Shown here piece by piece: positions 38,744 through 48,571 of a DNA stretch of 64,000 nt. Both the position numbers and the translations under genes were made by a program. The DNA comes from an uncultured Planctomycetaceae bacterium (GTDB lineage: Bacteria > Planctomycetota > Planctomycetia > Isosphaerales > Isosphaeraceae). Under the pieces are notes generated by a model. The model worked only from the letters and a program-made list of their open reading frames with translations, did not search any database and was not told the DNA's origin. The stretch spans positions 5,856,001-5,920,000 of the forward strand of contig CAWIAD010000002.1 in the NCBI GenBank assembly GCA_963833985.1, given 5' to 3'. Within the stretch, counting starts at the first letter, position 1; every line of letters begins with the position of its first letter.

Positions 38744-41162
38744 CGCCGAGCCTCCCATTGGATCCAGGCGCCAGGCCAAGCCGTTTCGCGATGGTCGGGG
38801 CATTGAAGTTCAGCGAGTAGTCTTCGGCATCGCGGGTCAGGTTGGGGTTGTAGAAGGGGTCGTGGCGGATCACAGCGGCCCAGCGGCGGCGCATGTAGTC
38901 CTCCTCGCCGGGATTGGAGTGCATGGTGCGCGTGGCCGACTCGTGGTGGAAGAGGACGGCGTGCGGCGTGTAGACGACCCAGTAGCCGCGCTCGCGGATC
39001 CGCAGGCACATGTCCACGTCGTTGAAGGCGACGGCGAGGTTGCGCGTGTCGAGTCCGCCGACCTCGTCGAAGACCGACCGCCTCATCATGGCACAGGCAA
39101 AGGTGACGGCGCTGCAATTGCGGAGGGAACGAGCGAGAGCGAAGTACCCGGGATCGTCCTCGGAGAAATACTTGAAGGCATGTCCACAATTCTCGCACGT
39201 CCCCATGATCACGCCGGCGTGCTGGAGGCTCCGGTCGGGGTAGAGGAGCTGGGCGCCGACGACGCCGACCTCGGGCCGCTGGGCATGTTCGAGCATCGCC
39301 TCGACCCAGTCGGGCGTGATCACCGTGATGTCGTCATTGAGCAGGACGAGGTATGGGGTATCGACCTGGGCCACGGCGGAGTTGTTGACGGCGGCGTAGT
39401 TGAACGGCTTGAGCCGGAATCGCCGGTACCGCAACCGCGGGTCCCGCCTGGCCAGGGCGCGGCAATGGTCGGCGACCTCCGTGCCGTCGGAGTCATCGGT
39501 GACCAGGACACAAAGGTTCGGGTAGGTCGACCGCTCCAGCACGCTCCCCAGGCACGCTCGGAGGCATTTCATGTTGCCGCCGGCGGCGATCACCAGGGTG
39601 ACCGCCGGCTGGCCGCGGAGGTCATAGCGCACGCGCCAGCGTCCCGGGACGCAGCCGGGTTCGACGTGCCCCGCCACCCCGCGCCGCCGCAGCGCGTCGT
39701 CGATGGCGCGGCGCGCGGCGTCCGCGGCATACGGCTTGGCCATGTCGTCGCCCGCGGTCGAGCCCGGGATCACGCGCCAGGAGTAGAGGATGCTGGGGAT
39801 ATGGACGATCCGGTCGGTCTGCTCGGTGACACGCAGGACCAGGTCGTAGTCCTGGCTGCCGTCATACTCGGGACGAAAGCGGCCGATGGCCTCGACCAGC
39901 GATCGCCGGTAGACGCCGAAGTGGCAGATATAGTTCATCGAGAAGAGCAGGTCGGGGGACCAATCCGGCTTGAAGAAGGCGTCCCAGCGGTCGCTTCCTG
40001 TCTCGTCGATCTTATCTTCGTCCGAGTAGACCAGGTCGGTTTGCGGTGCGTCGTTGAGAGCGCGGGCCACCTCGAAGAGGGCGTGCGGCATCAGGAGATC
40101 GTCAGAGTCCAGAAGCCCGATGAACTCACCCGTGGCGAGGGCCAGCGCGGCGTTGCTGTGGCCGGCGATGCCCAGGTTCTGGGGCAGATGGACCACCTTG
40201 ACGCGTGGGTCCTGCTTGGCCAGGCGGTCCAGGAAAGGCCGCACGTGGGGGGCCGTGGAACCGCCATTGGCCAGGCAGAGTTCCCACCGGCCGTAGGTCT
40301 GTGCCATGACCGAGTTCGCCATCGGGCGCAGATAGTCCTCGGGCGTGTTGTGGACGGGGACAACCAGGCTGATGAGGGGCTGGTAAGGGAGGTCCATTGC
40401 AGCGATCCGCATTCTGGCCAGGTCGGACTCGGACGGCATCCGCTCGGCCAGCCAGTCCCGGTATTCCGCATTGAGAAGCCTTCGATCGAGCCTGGCAAAG
40501 GGGTCGAGTCGGAACGAGCGGTTCAGCTCCAGCTCGCCGCCGTCGCGGCCCCGGACGCGGACGACCAGCGAGTGCTCGCCCTCCGTCAGGCCCTCGAGGT
40601 CGATCTTGCCGACGAAGCCGGAGCGATCGGCATCCGGGAAGTCGGGATGCGCCGCCTCGACGTCGAGGCGCACGGCGCCGTACACGACCCCCTCGCGGGG
40701 GAGGCCATCCACGAGGACCACGACCTCCGCGACACCGACCTTCGACAGGGCCCAGCCCCTGACCCGCAGGTGGCCGGGGCCGACGGTCACCGGATACGGC
40801 CCAGGCATGTCGCAAACCGCCAGGATGGAGCCGGGCTCCGGGGCGGGTGGGGCCGCCGCCGTGATTGATCGGCAGGCGCCTGGCTCCAGGAGCGCCGGCG
40901 CCAGCGATTCATCGAGCCCAGTCGATGCTCGATCCAGATCGCGCTGCAGGTCGGCGATCGGTTGCTCCATCTGGGCCATTGCCTGGATCAATTGCCGATG
41001 CCGGTCCAGGCCTTGCCGGTCGGCGAGCGAGGCGCGGTCATCGTGTCGGGCCAGGGCAGTCTCCCAGCTCGCGCGGTTCGCCTCCAGCGCCCGGTGCAAC
41101 TCACTGCGTAACTCGACGGCGAGCTGCTCGTTGGCCCTGGCCATCCGATCCTGAAGTTCGGT
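35540..41162 (-). repeat. Long paralogous duplication: ~35540-38312 vs ~38772-41162
   Basis: Ig + GT2-GT2 module is highly similar at DNA level; stretches near the 3' ends (e.g. 35548-35820 vs 38780-39050) are almost identical. Confidence 0.9.
37224..37991 (-). repeat. In-frame 381-bp tandem duplication of an Ig-like domain
   Basis: Two near-identical 127-aa units; TCCGGG at 37224, 37605 and 37986 marks the junctions. Confidence 0.9.
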
Positions 41163-43680
41163 GTACTGCCCTCTGTGGAAGTGGATGTCGCCGATCGGCG
41201 AGTGCTGGCGGTACTGTTCCAGGAAGAGGGGCTCTTCCTGCTCCGCCAGGAGGGTCTGGAGCATCGGCCTCGCCTCGGTGGTTTCCCGCGGCCCGAGCTC
41301 GGGTTGTCGCGACTGGTCCGTTCCGGCGAGTTCATAGATCTGGCAATCCGCGCTCTTCCAGATCTGCTGATAATGAGTGTCGAGGTGGCGTGCGAGATCC
41401 CCGTAATGTTCGAGCCACCAGAACGCCGTACTGGGGATGACGAAGAAATGGGCTCCTCGGGCCCTGAGCGTTTCGAGATGAGCGATGGCCTCGCCGCTCT
41501 CCGCGGGGTAATGGCCGGCGTAGTGGCCCCGATCGTCCTGCGGGAAATGCCAGACGTCTCGCCCTTCGACATCGAGCAAGTCAGGGTCTCCCTTGCTGAC
41601 CACGATGACCCGGGCGGCCGGCGGGAGGAGACGGCGCATGTCTGCCCGGACCCGTCGAGTCATCCCCTGGTAATCGACGGTCTCGCTCAGGCGAGAGACC
41701 ATGGTCTTGATCTCGTCTTGCCGCGCGGAGAGCTGATCTCGAATCTGGAGCATCGCGGTCTCGCGACTCTCCTCGTGCGATCCCATATGGGCAAACCCGG
41801 CCACGAGCCCGCTCATCTGCCCGGCGAGCCCGCTCATCTGCCCGCCGAACCCGGCCATTCCCGCTTCGAGGCGGCTGCCTGTCTCGTTGATATGCTGGAT
41901 CCCATCGCTGGCGCTTGCCCAGCACGCCGCGAATCGTTCCGTCAACCGGGATTCCAAAGAGGTCACGACGGCCGCGCGCTCGTCCAGCCCGGCACGGGAG
42001 CTCACTTGCCAGGACCTGGGCCCGGTCTCGCTCTTCGGCCAGCCGTCGGTTGTCCACTTCCGATTCATACAATCGGTCCCGAATCGAGTCCATCTCCGCC
42101 TGGCGAGCGGCTCGATCCGTCTCCAGTTGCGGGACCAGGGCCGCGCGCTCCGCCAGCGTGGCGATCTCCGCGTCACGAGCGGCCAGTGCCTGCGCCTGCT
42201 CCTGGCATACCGCCGCGCGCCCCTCCAGCTCAGCGCGGAGCTCGCTCGCCAACGTGGAGGCCCGGTCTCGCTCCTCGGCTAGCCGTCGATAGTCCGCTTC
42301 CGATTCGGCAAAGCGGATCTGAATCGACTCCATTTCGACCTGGCGAGCGGCTCGATCCGTCTCCAGTTGCTGGACCAGGGCCGCGCGCTCGGCCAGCGTG
42401 GCAATCTCCGCGTCGCGCCCTGCGATTGCCTGCGCCTGCTCCTGGCATACCGCGTCGCGCTCAGCCAGCCCGGCGCGGAGTTGACTCACCAACGTCGATG
42501 CCTCGTCCCGCTCCTCAGTCAGCCGTCGGTTGTCGGCCTCCAGCTCTTGCGATCGACCCTGGATCGCCGAGTGCACCGCCTCCCTGGCGTCCGCCTGCAT
42601 TTCCATGTCCGCAAGCCGAACTTGAAGCGCCTGGGCTTCCGCGGAAATCTCGAAGAGCCGCGACTCCAGTCCCGACCGGCTAAGGGCCATCTCATCGCGA
42701 TCCTGCTGGGCCCGACGCGAGGAACGGCTGAAGGTGTCCCAGATCTGCTCACCGACCGGGTCGCGTTCCGGAGTATCGGACAGACCATGGCGCGGATCTC
42801 TGCTCCTGGTCGCGACGCGTAGCGCGAAGTACAGGGCCTTGGCGGGGAAGAGGATGTTCGGGTTATCCAGCGTATTGATCAAGGAGGTCCGCTGGCGATG
42901 GAGTTCGGGCCCGACGAACTCCTCGATCGCCGCCCGGACAGCAGGTTGTTCAAGTGCATCGGAGCGGCCGAGGAATCGCGCGAGCCGTGACACCTCCTCG
43001 CGATGCGAATGAATCACATCCTCATAAAAGAGGAAGTGCCGTGGGAGGCCGGTGGTCTGCTCGATCGCCGCTCCCGTGTAGATCTGCCACAATCGGATCG
43101 ACTTCTCAACCGAGGAACCATCTCGCGTCTCGAGCGACGCCGCGACCTCCGCCGGGCTGCGCATGCAGATCACATACTGAATCGGCGGCAGGATCTGTTT
43201 CCAGAATGGGAGAGTCAAACAGGTGCGTGGGTCCTTCCAGCCCCAATCACCCGAGGCGAATGTGCGAGCAATGAGATCCCTCGCCCTCCGGCGAAGATCG
43301 GCAAGTTCGGCGGCAGTCTCCCACCCGGGCGGCAAGGGCGGGGGTTCGGCGAAGCTGCCGCCCAGCCGTCCGAGGATCTCGTCATTGAGTTCGAGGATCG
43401 GCCGGTACTCCCAGTATCCCGTGGGATTGTCGGGTTGAGGAATCAGGAGCTGTTCCTCGGCCCCCAGACTGATTCCCAGCAGGTTCATCAGGCGAGCCGC
43501 CACCGAAGTTCCGCTACGATGCATCCCGAGTACACAGACGATACACCGTTTCGGCGAATGAATGAATTGATGTGCATCCATTAGATGCGCCAATTCTCCG
43601 TTCGTCGTTTGCGGTACGACCGGCCATCCCGCAAGTTCAGGAGCAGATGATTTCGACACGCTCATGATGTTTGAACTCAA
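38733..43680 (-). pseudogene. Giant sulfotransferase - coiled coil - unknown domain - Ig - GT2 - GT2 protein (~1650 aa), split by a +1 insertion at ~41997
   Basis: PAPS-loop LGMHRSGTS, WGWKDPR, RSPAEVAASL, YED in ORF 41581..43680; GT2 pair in ORF 38733..42176. Removing one C restores ELRAGLDERAAV, matching the repeat units QLRAGLAERDAV and ELRAELEGRAAV. Confidence 0.85.
41975..42545 (-). repeat. 240-bp (80-aa) tandem repeat encoding coiled coil, ~2.4 copies
   Basis: CTCCAGTTGC.GGACCAGGGCCGCGCGCTC at 42121 and 42361; protein unit EADNRRL.EERD.ASTL.S.LRA...VCQEQAQA.A.RDAEIATLAERAALV.QLETDRAARQ. Confidence 0.88.
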
Positions 43681-43692
43681 GGGGTCTTCTGG

Positions 43693-45090
43693 TCAATCGT
43701 CTCGTGAAGGATGCGGCAGGCGGATGATCAGGCATCGATTGCGATCGCGGTGCACCTCCTCGCCGACGTTCGCGAGGTAGTCTCCGAACCCGGCATAGTG
43801 CTCGAGCCACCAGAGCGCAGGGCCGGGAATGAGGAGATATCCAACACCCCGTTGCTGCAACGCCTTCAAGTGATCGATGGCGTCGTCGCTGCCGGCCGGA
43901 TGGTAGCCGGCATAGGAGCCATGTTCGTTCTGAGGGAAGTGCTGAGCGTCCATCCCCTCGATATCGAGCAGGTCGGGATCCCCTTTGCTGATGACGAGCA
44001 CCCTCGCACCGGCGGGGATGACCATCCGGACAGCCTCCTTGATCCCGGTGATCAGCCGACGTTTCGCTGGACCCGGACGATGCCGATGGGGCTGCCACTC
44101 GACGCCCCACTTGCGCTCGAATCGTTCACGATTGGCCTTCAGCAACTCCTGCGCCTCTCCGGATGTCAGCAAGCTTCCCAGCGACACGCCCCCGAAGTGG
44201 TGGACGAAGACATCTTCCGCGCAAATCAGGCGATACCCTCCCGACCGGAGACGCACCGCATAATCGTCATCCTCGAACATGCCGATGAGGTACCGCTCGT
44301 CGAGCGGACCGACTCGCTCGTGGGTTTCGCGCCGGAACGCGAAGCAGAACATGACGAGCATCGGGATTTCGAAACGCTCTCCCGCATGCTCGCGGGTGTA
44401 CTCGCTGGCAAACTGCTCGAACTCGGCGTAAGTGCGATAGGAGGTCGCGATCCAGGCCTCGTTGCTGATCCGGTTCGTCACCGGTCCGACCGCTCCGATC
44501 AGCGGGTCGTCGAGGTGCCGGATCAGCCGCGTGAGCCAACCCTGTGGCACGATCGTGTCATTATTGAGCAGGACGAATCGGTCTCCCGTCGCCAGCGCGA
44601 GCCCCTGGTTATTCGCTGCCGCGAACCCCCGGTTGGTCTGGTTGTGCACGACCCGGATGAACGGGTAGCGATCTGTCAGCTGGTCAAGATAGGACAGCAG
44701 CTTTTCTCCCGAGCCATTGTCAACGACGATCAACTCGAAGTCGGGATAATCGGTGTTCGCGAGCACGCTCTCCAGGCAGAGCTTGGTGAAGAGGAGGTGA
44801 TCTCGAGCGATTACGACGATGCTGACGCGGGGAAATGAATCCCGTGCGGCTGGATCGAGGGGCTCGGGGATCTCGAGCCCAGAGGCCCGCGCCACGCCCG
44901 CCGGGAGATCGAGCACCGTGCGCACCGTCCTTTCCGGCAGCACCGTCGGTTTTCGGGAGATCGGCTCGAGGACCAAGTCGGGCGGCAAGAAGCTCGGACG
45001 CCCGGAACTCGACAGCATGCTGCTGGGCGTCCCGTGAGCCTCGTGCGGCGTCCTCTCCAGGCGGTCGTGTTTCCGCATTCTCACCATCAT
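43693..45090 (-). CDS. GT2 glycosyltransferase with C-terminal conserved unknown domain
   Basis: VSIVVI, IVVDNGS, NRGFAAANNQG, LLNNDT, GMFEDDDY, FVHHFGG. Confidence 0.9.
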   Translation of the reverse strand: MMVRMRKHDRLERTPHEAHGTPSSMLSSSGRPSFLPPDLVLEPISRKPTVLPERTVRTVLDLPAGVARASGLEIPEPLDPAARDSFPRVSIVVIARDHLLFTKLCLESVLANTDYPDFELIVVDNGSGEKLLSYLDQLTDRYPFIRVVHNQTNRGFAAANNQGLALATGDRFVLLNNDTIVPQGWLTRLIRHLDDPLIGAVGPVTNRISNEAWIATSYRTYAEFEQFASEYTREHAGERFEIPMLVMFCFAFRRETHERVGPLDERYLIGMFEDDDYAVRLRSGGYRLICAEDVFVHHFGGVSLGSLLTSGEAQELLKANRERFERKWGVEWQPHRHRPGPAKRRLITGIKEAVRMVIPAGARVLVISKGDPDLLDIEGMDAQHFPQNEHGSYAGYHPAGSDDAIDHLKALQQRGVGYLLIPGPALWWLEHYAGFGDYLANVGEEVHRDRNRCLIIRLPHPSRDD

Positions 45091-45113
45091 GCCATGTGAT
45101 CCCGGGTCCGGCC

Positions 45114-46892
45114 TCAGGCACGCCGGACCGATTTCGAGGTTTGCGTCTCGTAGAGCTGGAAATAGAGGCCGCCTCGCTCGAGGAGTTCCGAATGGGTTCC
45201 GGATTCGACGATCCGCCCATGGTTCATGACCAGGATCTGATCCGCGTTCCGGATGGTGGAGAGGCGGTGTGCCACCATGAAGGTCGTCCGTCCCTCCATG
45301 AGGCGATCGAGCGCATCGAGGATGACGGCTTCGGTCTTCGAATCGATCGAGGAGGTCGGCTCATCCAGAAGCAAGATCGGAGCGTCCTTGAGGAAGGCGC
45401 GGGCGACCGCGATCCGCTGGCGCTCGCCGCCAGACAGCTTGGCCCCGCGCTCGCCAACCACCGTCTCGTACTGCTCGGGGAGGCCCATGATGAAGTCGTG
45501 AGCGTTTGCCGCCCTGGCGGCCTCGACGATCTCGTCCATGGGCGCTTCGAGTCGACCGTAGCGGATATTGTTGGAGATGGTGTCGGAGAACAGCAGGGGC
45601 TCCTGCTGGACGAGGCTGACGTTCTGGCGAAGCGATTTGAGCGTCACCTTGCGAATGTCGATGCCGTCAATCTCGATGCGCCCGCGGCACGGGTCGTAGA
45701 ACCGGGGGATCAGGCTGATCAAGGTCGTCTTGCCGGCTCCGGTGGGGCCGACGAGGGCGATCTGCTGGCCGGGCCGCACATCGAGGTTGATGCCCTTGAG
45801 CGTCTCGGCGCGCCCGGTGTAGGTGAAATGGACGTTCTTGAAGGTGACGCGCCCCCAGGAACGGACGAGGCTGTGCGCCCCCTTCACGTCCTGGATGTCG
45901 GGCTCGTTGTCGAGGAGGTCAAACGTGAACTGGAGGCTGACGATCTGATCCTGGAGCGCACCGATCGTGGTGCTGATTGCCTCGAGTGGTTTGTAGACGG
46001 CCGCCACATAGGTCATCACGACGAGCAACTGGCCGATCGAGAGCCGGCCTTGCAGGGCGTGGTAGGCCCCGTAACCCAGCACGAGCGCAGTGCCGACCGC
46101 GGTCGTCATGTTCACGCCAAGCGAGAACATCGTCTGCTGCACGGTCAGTTTCACACGGGCGTCGACCGCCTGCACGGCCTGCTCGCGGAATCGAAGGTAC
46201 TCATACCCCTCACGGCAGAACGCCACGGTCACTCGGAGCATCGACAACGCTTCGTGGACGATCGCGAGAGATTCACCCTCCAGCCCTTTGACGTGCAGCA
46301 ACCGGGGCTGGATGTACTTGATGTAGTAGCCGACCGACAGGTAGAGCAGTGGGACCACTGACATCGACAGCAGGGCCAGTCGCGCATCGATGAGCAGCGT
46401 GATCCAGAACATCCCGACCAGCGTCAGTGCACTCTGGGCCAACGGCGGGACGGCCATGATCAGCCCCGGGCCCGCGCCGCACTGGTAATTGACCACGTAG
46501 ATCAGCATTCCCGATCGCCGCTGATCGTGGTAGGCCATCGATAGCCGCTGGGCATGCCGGTACAGGTCGCCGCGGAAGTCGAGGCCTATGCCCAGGTTGA
46601 GCTTGGTGTTCACGAAGTTCTCGAGGACATGCAGCGCATTGACCATGAGCGCCACGATCAGGCCGCCAAGGATGACCAGGATCAGCAGGACCGTGCGGTC
46701 GCCCCCACCGCCGTCGAGGCTGGCGAGGAGCGAAGGCATCGGCTGGCCGCCCAGCACGTTATCGACCAGCAACTTGAGCGGCCAGGGCATGAGGAGGCTG
46801 GCCGCGGCGCTGGCAATGGTGATGATCACCGAGCCGATGGCCAGCTTCCAGTACGGTCGCAGGTAAGGCAGCATTCTCCAGAAGTACGTCAT
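45114..46892 (-). CDS. ABC exporter, fused TMD-NBD (MsbA/PglK-like)
   Basis: TM region, Walker A GPTGAGKT, signature LSGGERQR, LLLDEPTSSID, AHRLSTI. Start may lie up to 46997. Confidence 0.93.
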   Translation of the reverse strand: MTYFWRMLPYLRPYWKLAIGSVIITIASAAASLLMPWPLKLLVDNVLGGQPMPSLLASLDGGGGDRTVLLILVILGGLIVALMVNALHVLENFVNTKLNLGIGLDFRGDLYRHAQRLSMAYHDQRRSGMLIYVVNYQCGAGPGLIMAVPPLAQSALTLVGMFWITLLIDARLALLSMSVVPLLYLSVGYYIKYIQPRLLHVKGLEGESLAIVHEALSMLRVTVAFCREGYEYLRFREQAVQAVDARVKLTVQQTMFSLGVNMTTAVGTALVLGYGAYHALQGRLSIGQLLVVMTYVAAVYKPLEAISTTIGALQDQIVSLQFTFDLLDNEPDIQDVKGAHSLVRSWGRVTFKNVHFTYTGRAETLKGINLDVRPGQQIALVGPTGAGKTTLISLIPRFYDPCRGRIEIDGIDIRKVTLKSLRQNVSLVQQEPLLFSDTISNNIRYGRLEAPMDEIVEAARAANAHDFIMGLPEQYETVVGERGAKLSGGERQRIAVARAFLKDAPILLLDEPTSSIDSKTEAVILDALDRLMEGRTTFMVAHRLSTIRNADQILVMNHGRIVESGTHSELLERGGLYFQLYETQTSKSVRRA

Positions 46893-46965
46893 GATCCCTC
46901 GCGGCAAGCGGCCGGGCTCTTTCGTCGCGGGGACGAGATCGTCATGAGGACCGGTCGTACTTCGT

Positions 46966-47415
46966 TCATCGTAAGCCTTTCCTGCGCAGGAGATCACGTG
47001 GCGAATAGACGCCGGCCGGCTTGTCGCGAGTGACCTTGACCGTCGCCAGTTGCGTCACGTGCTCGGTGCCGGCGTAGAGGCGGAACTCGTACTTGTCCTT
47101 GCTGTTGATGGTGGCCTCCTGGTGCGAGGGGTTGGACGAGAACAGCCGTTCCGGCCCGCCACCGACCGAGACATACACCTGACCAGGCGCCCCGTCTCCG
47201 GTGTGCCAGTTCACGATCGTCTTGCCGGGCCCGCGTCCCGCGGGAACTGGATTTGGTATCGCGATGATCCAGGCTTCGGTAGGCCCCTCGTAGGGCACGT
47301 AATCGGTCGGGATCGGCGACTTCCAGGAGCAACCGGCGCCGGCCGAGAGGGCTGCCAGGATGAGGCATCGGAGAATCCCGGCAACGACCGGCTGGTTCTT
47401 GAGCTGCAAGAGCAT
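46966..47415 (-). CDS. Small putative lipoprotein, beta-rich
   Basis: Hydrophobic stretch ending LSAGAGC; PNPVPAG.G.GKT.V.W...YEFRLY. Confidence 0.65.
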   Translation of the reverse strand: MLLQLKNQPVVAGILRCLILAALSAGAGCSWKSPIPTDYVPYEGPTEAWIIAIPNPVPAGRGPGKTIVNWHTGDGAPGQVYVSVGGGPERLFSSNPSHQEATINSKDKYEFRLYAGTEHVTQLATVKVTRDKPAGVYSPRDLLRRKGLR

Positions 47416-47449
47416 GATCCGACCCTCTGGCCGACGCGGTAACCGGTCC

Positions 47450-48565
47450 TCAAAAGGAGTCGGCGGAGACGACCTCGCCCCCCGCCTTCGTCCCGAGCGA
47501 CCACCACACCATGCGATCGATCCCCTCCTTGACGAAGCGTACGCTGCCGTCGGCGAACAGCACGTTGACGCCGCCCGGGTGATTGCTCGAGGCGCCGAAG
47601 ACGAAGCCGTTGTCCATGTTCCAGTCCGGCATGCCGTTGAACCGGCAGCCGCCGAAGGCATACGCGCGATCGTTGGGTACCTGAATGGTGTTGAACATCG
47701 AGAACCCGGTCACCCCCTGACCCCACCTCCAGCCGCGGTGGTCGGCGATGTAATTGGTCGACTGGAACGCGGTGGCACACGCATCGAGCCCGGCCATGAC
47801 GCCAGCCTTGCCCTGGAAGGCGTCGACCCTTTGTGAGCCCGGTGGAGCGCTCACGGCCGCCGACATGAAGACGTTGCCGCGGTACCGGCTCGGGTTCGTG
47901 ATGTTGTGGCCGATGCGCCCATAGCCCATGCCGTCGCCTACCAGCGCCTCGGCGAAGGCAACCGTGCCGGAAGTGCCGTCGCGGCAGCTCGAGATCGTGA
48001 ACGACTGCTGGACGGTGAACAGGCCCGTGCATCCCCCGGTTTGTGGATAGTTGTCATTGGTGGTCGTGCCGTACGATCCGTGGTAGCTGCACGTATTCTG
48101 CTCTCCCGCCCGCGCGTCGGACGGGCAGAGGAACAGGGCGACGACCGCAAGATTCACCGTCAGGTTCATGGGGTGGGACACGCCGTCTCGGATCTCGGGA
48201 GCGAAGTCGAAGTTGATCGCGTTGAACATCGCCGTCTGCTCCAGCCCCGGCAGGATCGCCGCGTGGGCACTCCAGACGGACCATTGATCGTAACTGTCCC
48301 CGTCCAGCTTTCGATTGTTCTTCGAGCCACCCATCGGGAAGACGCTCAAACTCTGTTGATAATTGTGCAGCGCCATCCCGATCTGCTTCAGGTTGTTGGC
48401 GCACTGCAACCTCCTTGCGGCATCGCGTCCCGATTGCACCGCGGGCAGGAGCAGCGCAACCAGGACCCCGATGATCGCGAAGACCGCCAGCAGCTCGATC
48501 AGGGTGAAGCCGCCGGGAGTCCGCGAATGCACTCTTCTGCGGCGCGGAAGTATTCCATGGTTCAT
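47450..48565 (-). CDS. DUF1559 prepilin-like protein (N-terminal methylation site, H-X9-DG motif)
   Basis: GFTLIELL..IIGVLVALLLPAVQ..R.AARR.QC.NNLKQIG.ALHNY, FLCPSD, HPGGVNVLFADGSV. Confidence 0.95.
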   Translation of the reverse strand: MNHGILPRRRRVHSRTPGGFTLIELLAVFAIIGVLVALLLPAVQSGRDAARRLQCANNLKQIGMALHNYQQSLSVFPMGGSKNNRKLDGDSYDQWSVWSAHAAILPGLEQTAMFNAINFDFAPEIRDGVSHPMNLTVNLAVVALFLCPSDARAGEQNTCSYHGSYGTTTNDNYPQTGGCTGLFTVQQSFTISSCRDGTSGTVAFAEALVGDGMGYGRIGHNITNPSRYRGNVFMSAAVSAPPGSQRVDAFQGKAGVMAGLDACATAFQSTNYIADHRGWRWGQGVTGFSMFNTIQVPNDRAYAFGGCRFNGMPDWNMDNGFVFGASSNHPGGVNVLFADGSVRFVKEGIDRMVWWSLGTKAGGEVVSADSF

Positions 48566-48571
48566 GGCTCG

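Noticed and set aside
35540..39100. Diversity-generating retroelement template/variable repeat pair
   Set aside because: No reverse transcriptase is present, both repeats are coding, and the differences are not adenine-specific.
35309..46361. Long plus-strand ORFs (35309..37285, 38334..40868, 41175..42683, 44835..46361 and others)
   Set aside because: Antisense shadows of GC-rich minus-strand genes; no recognisable motifs.
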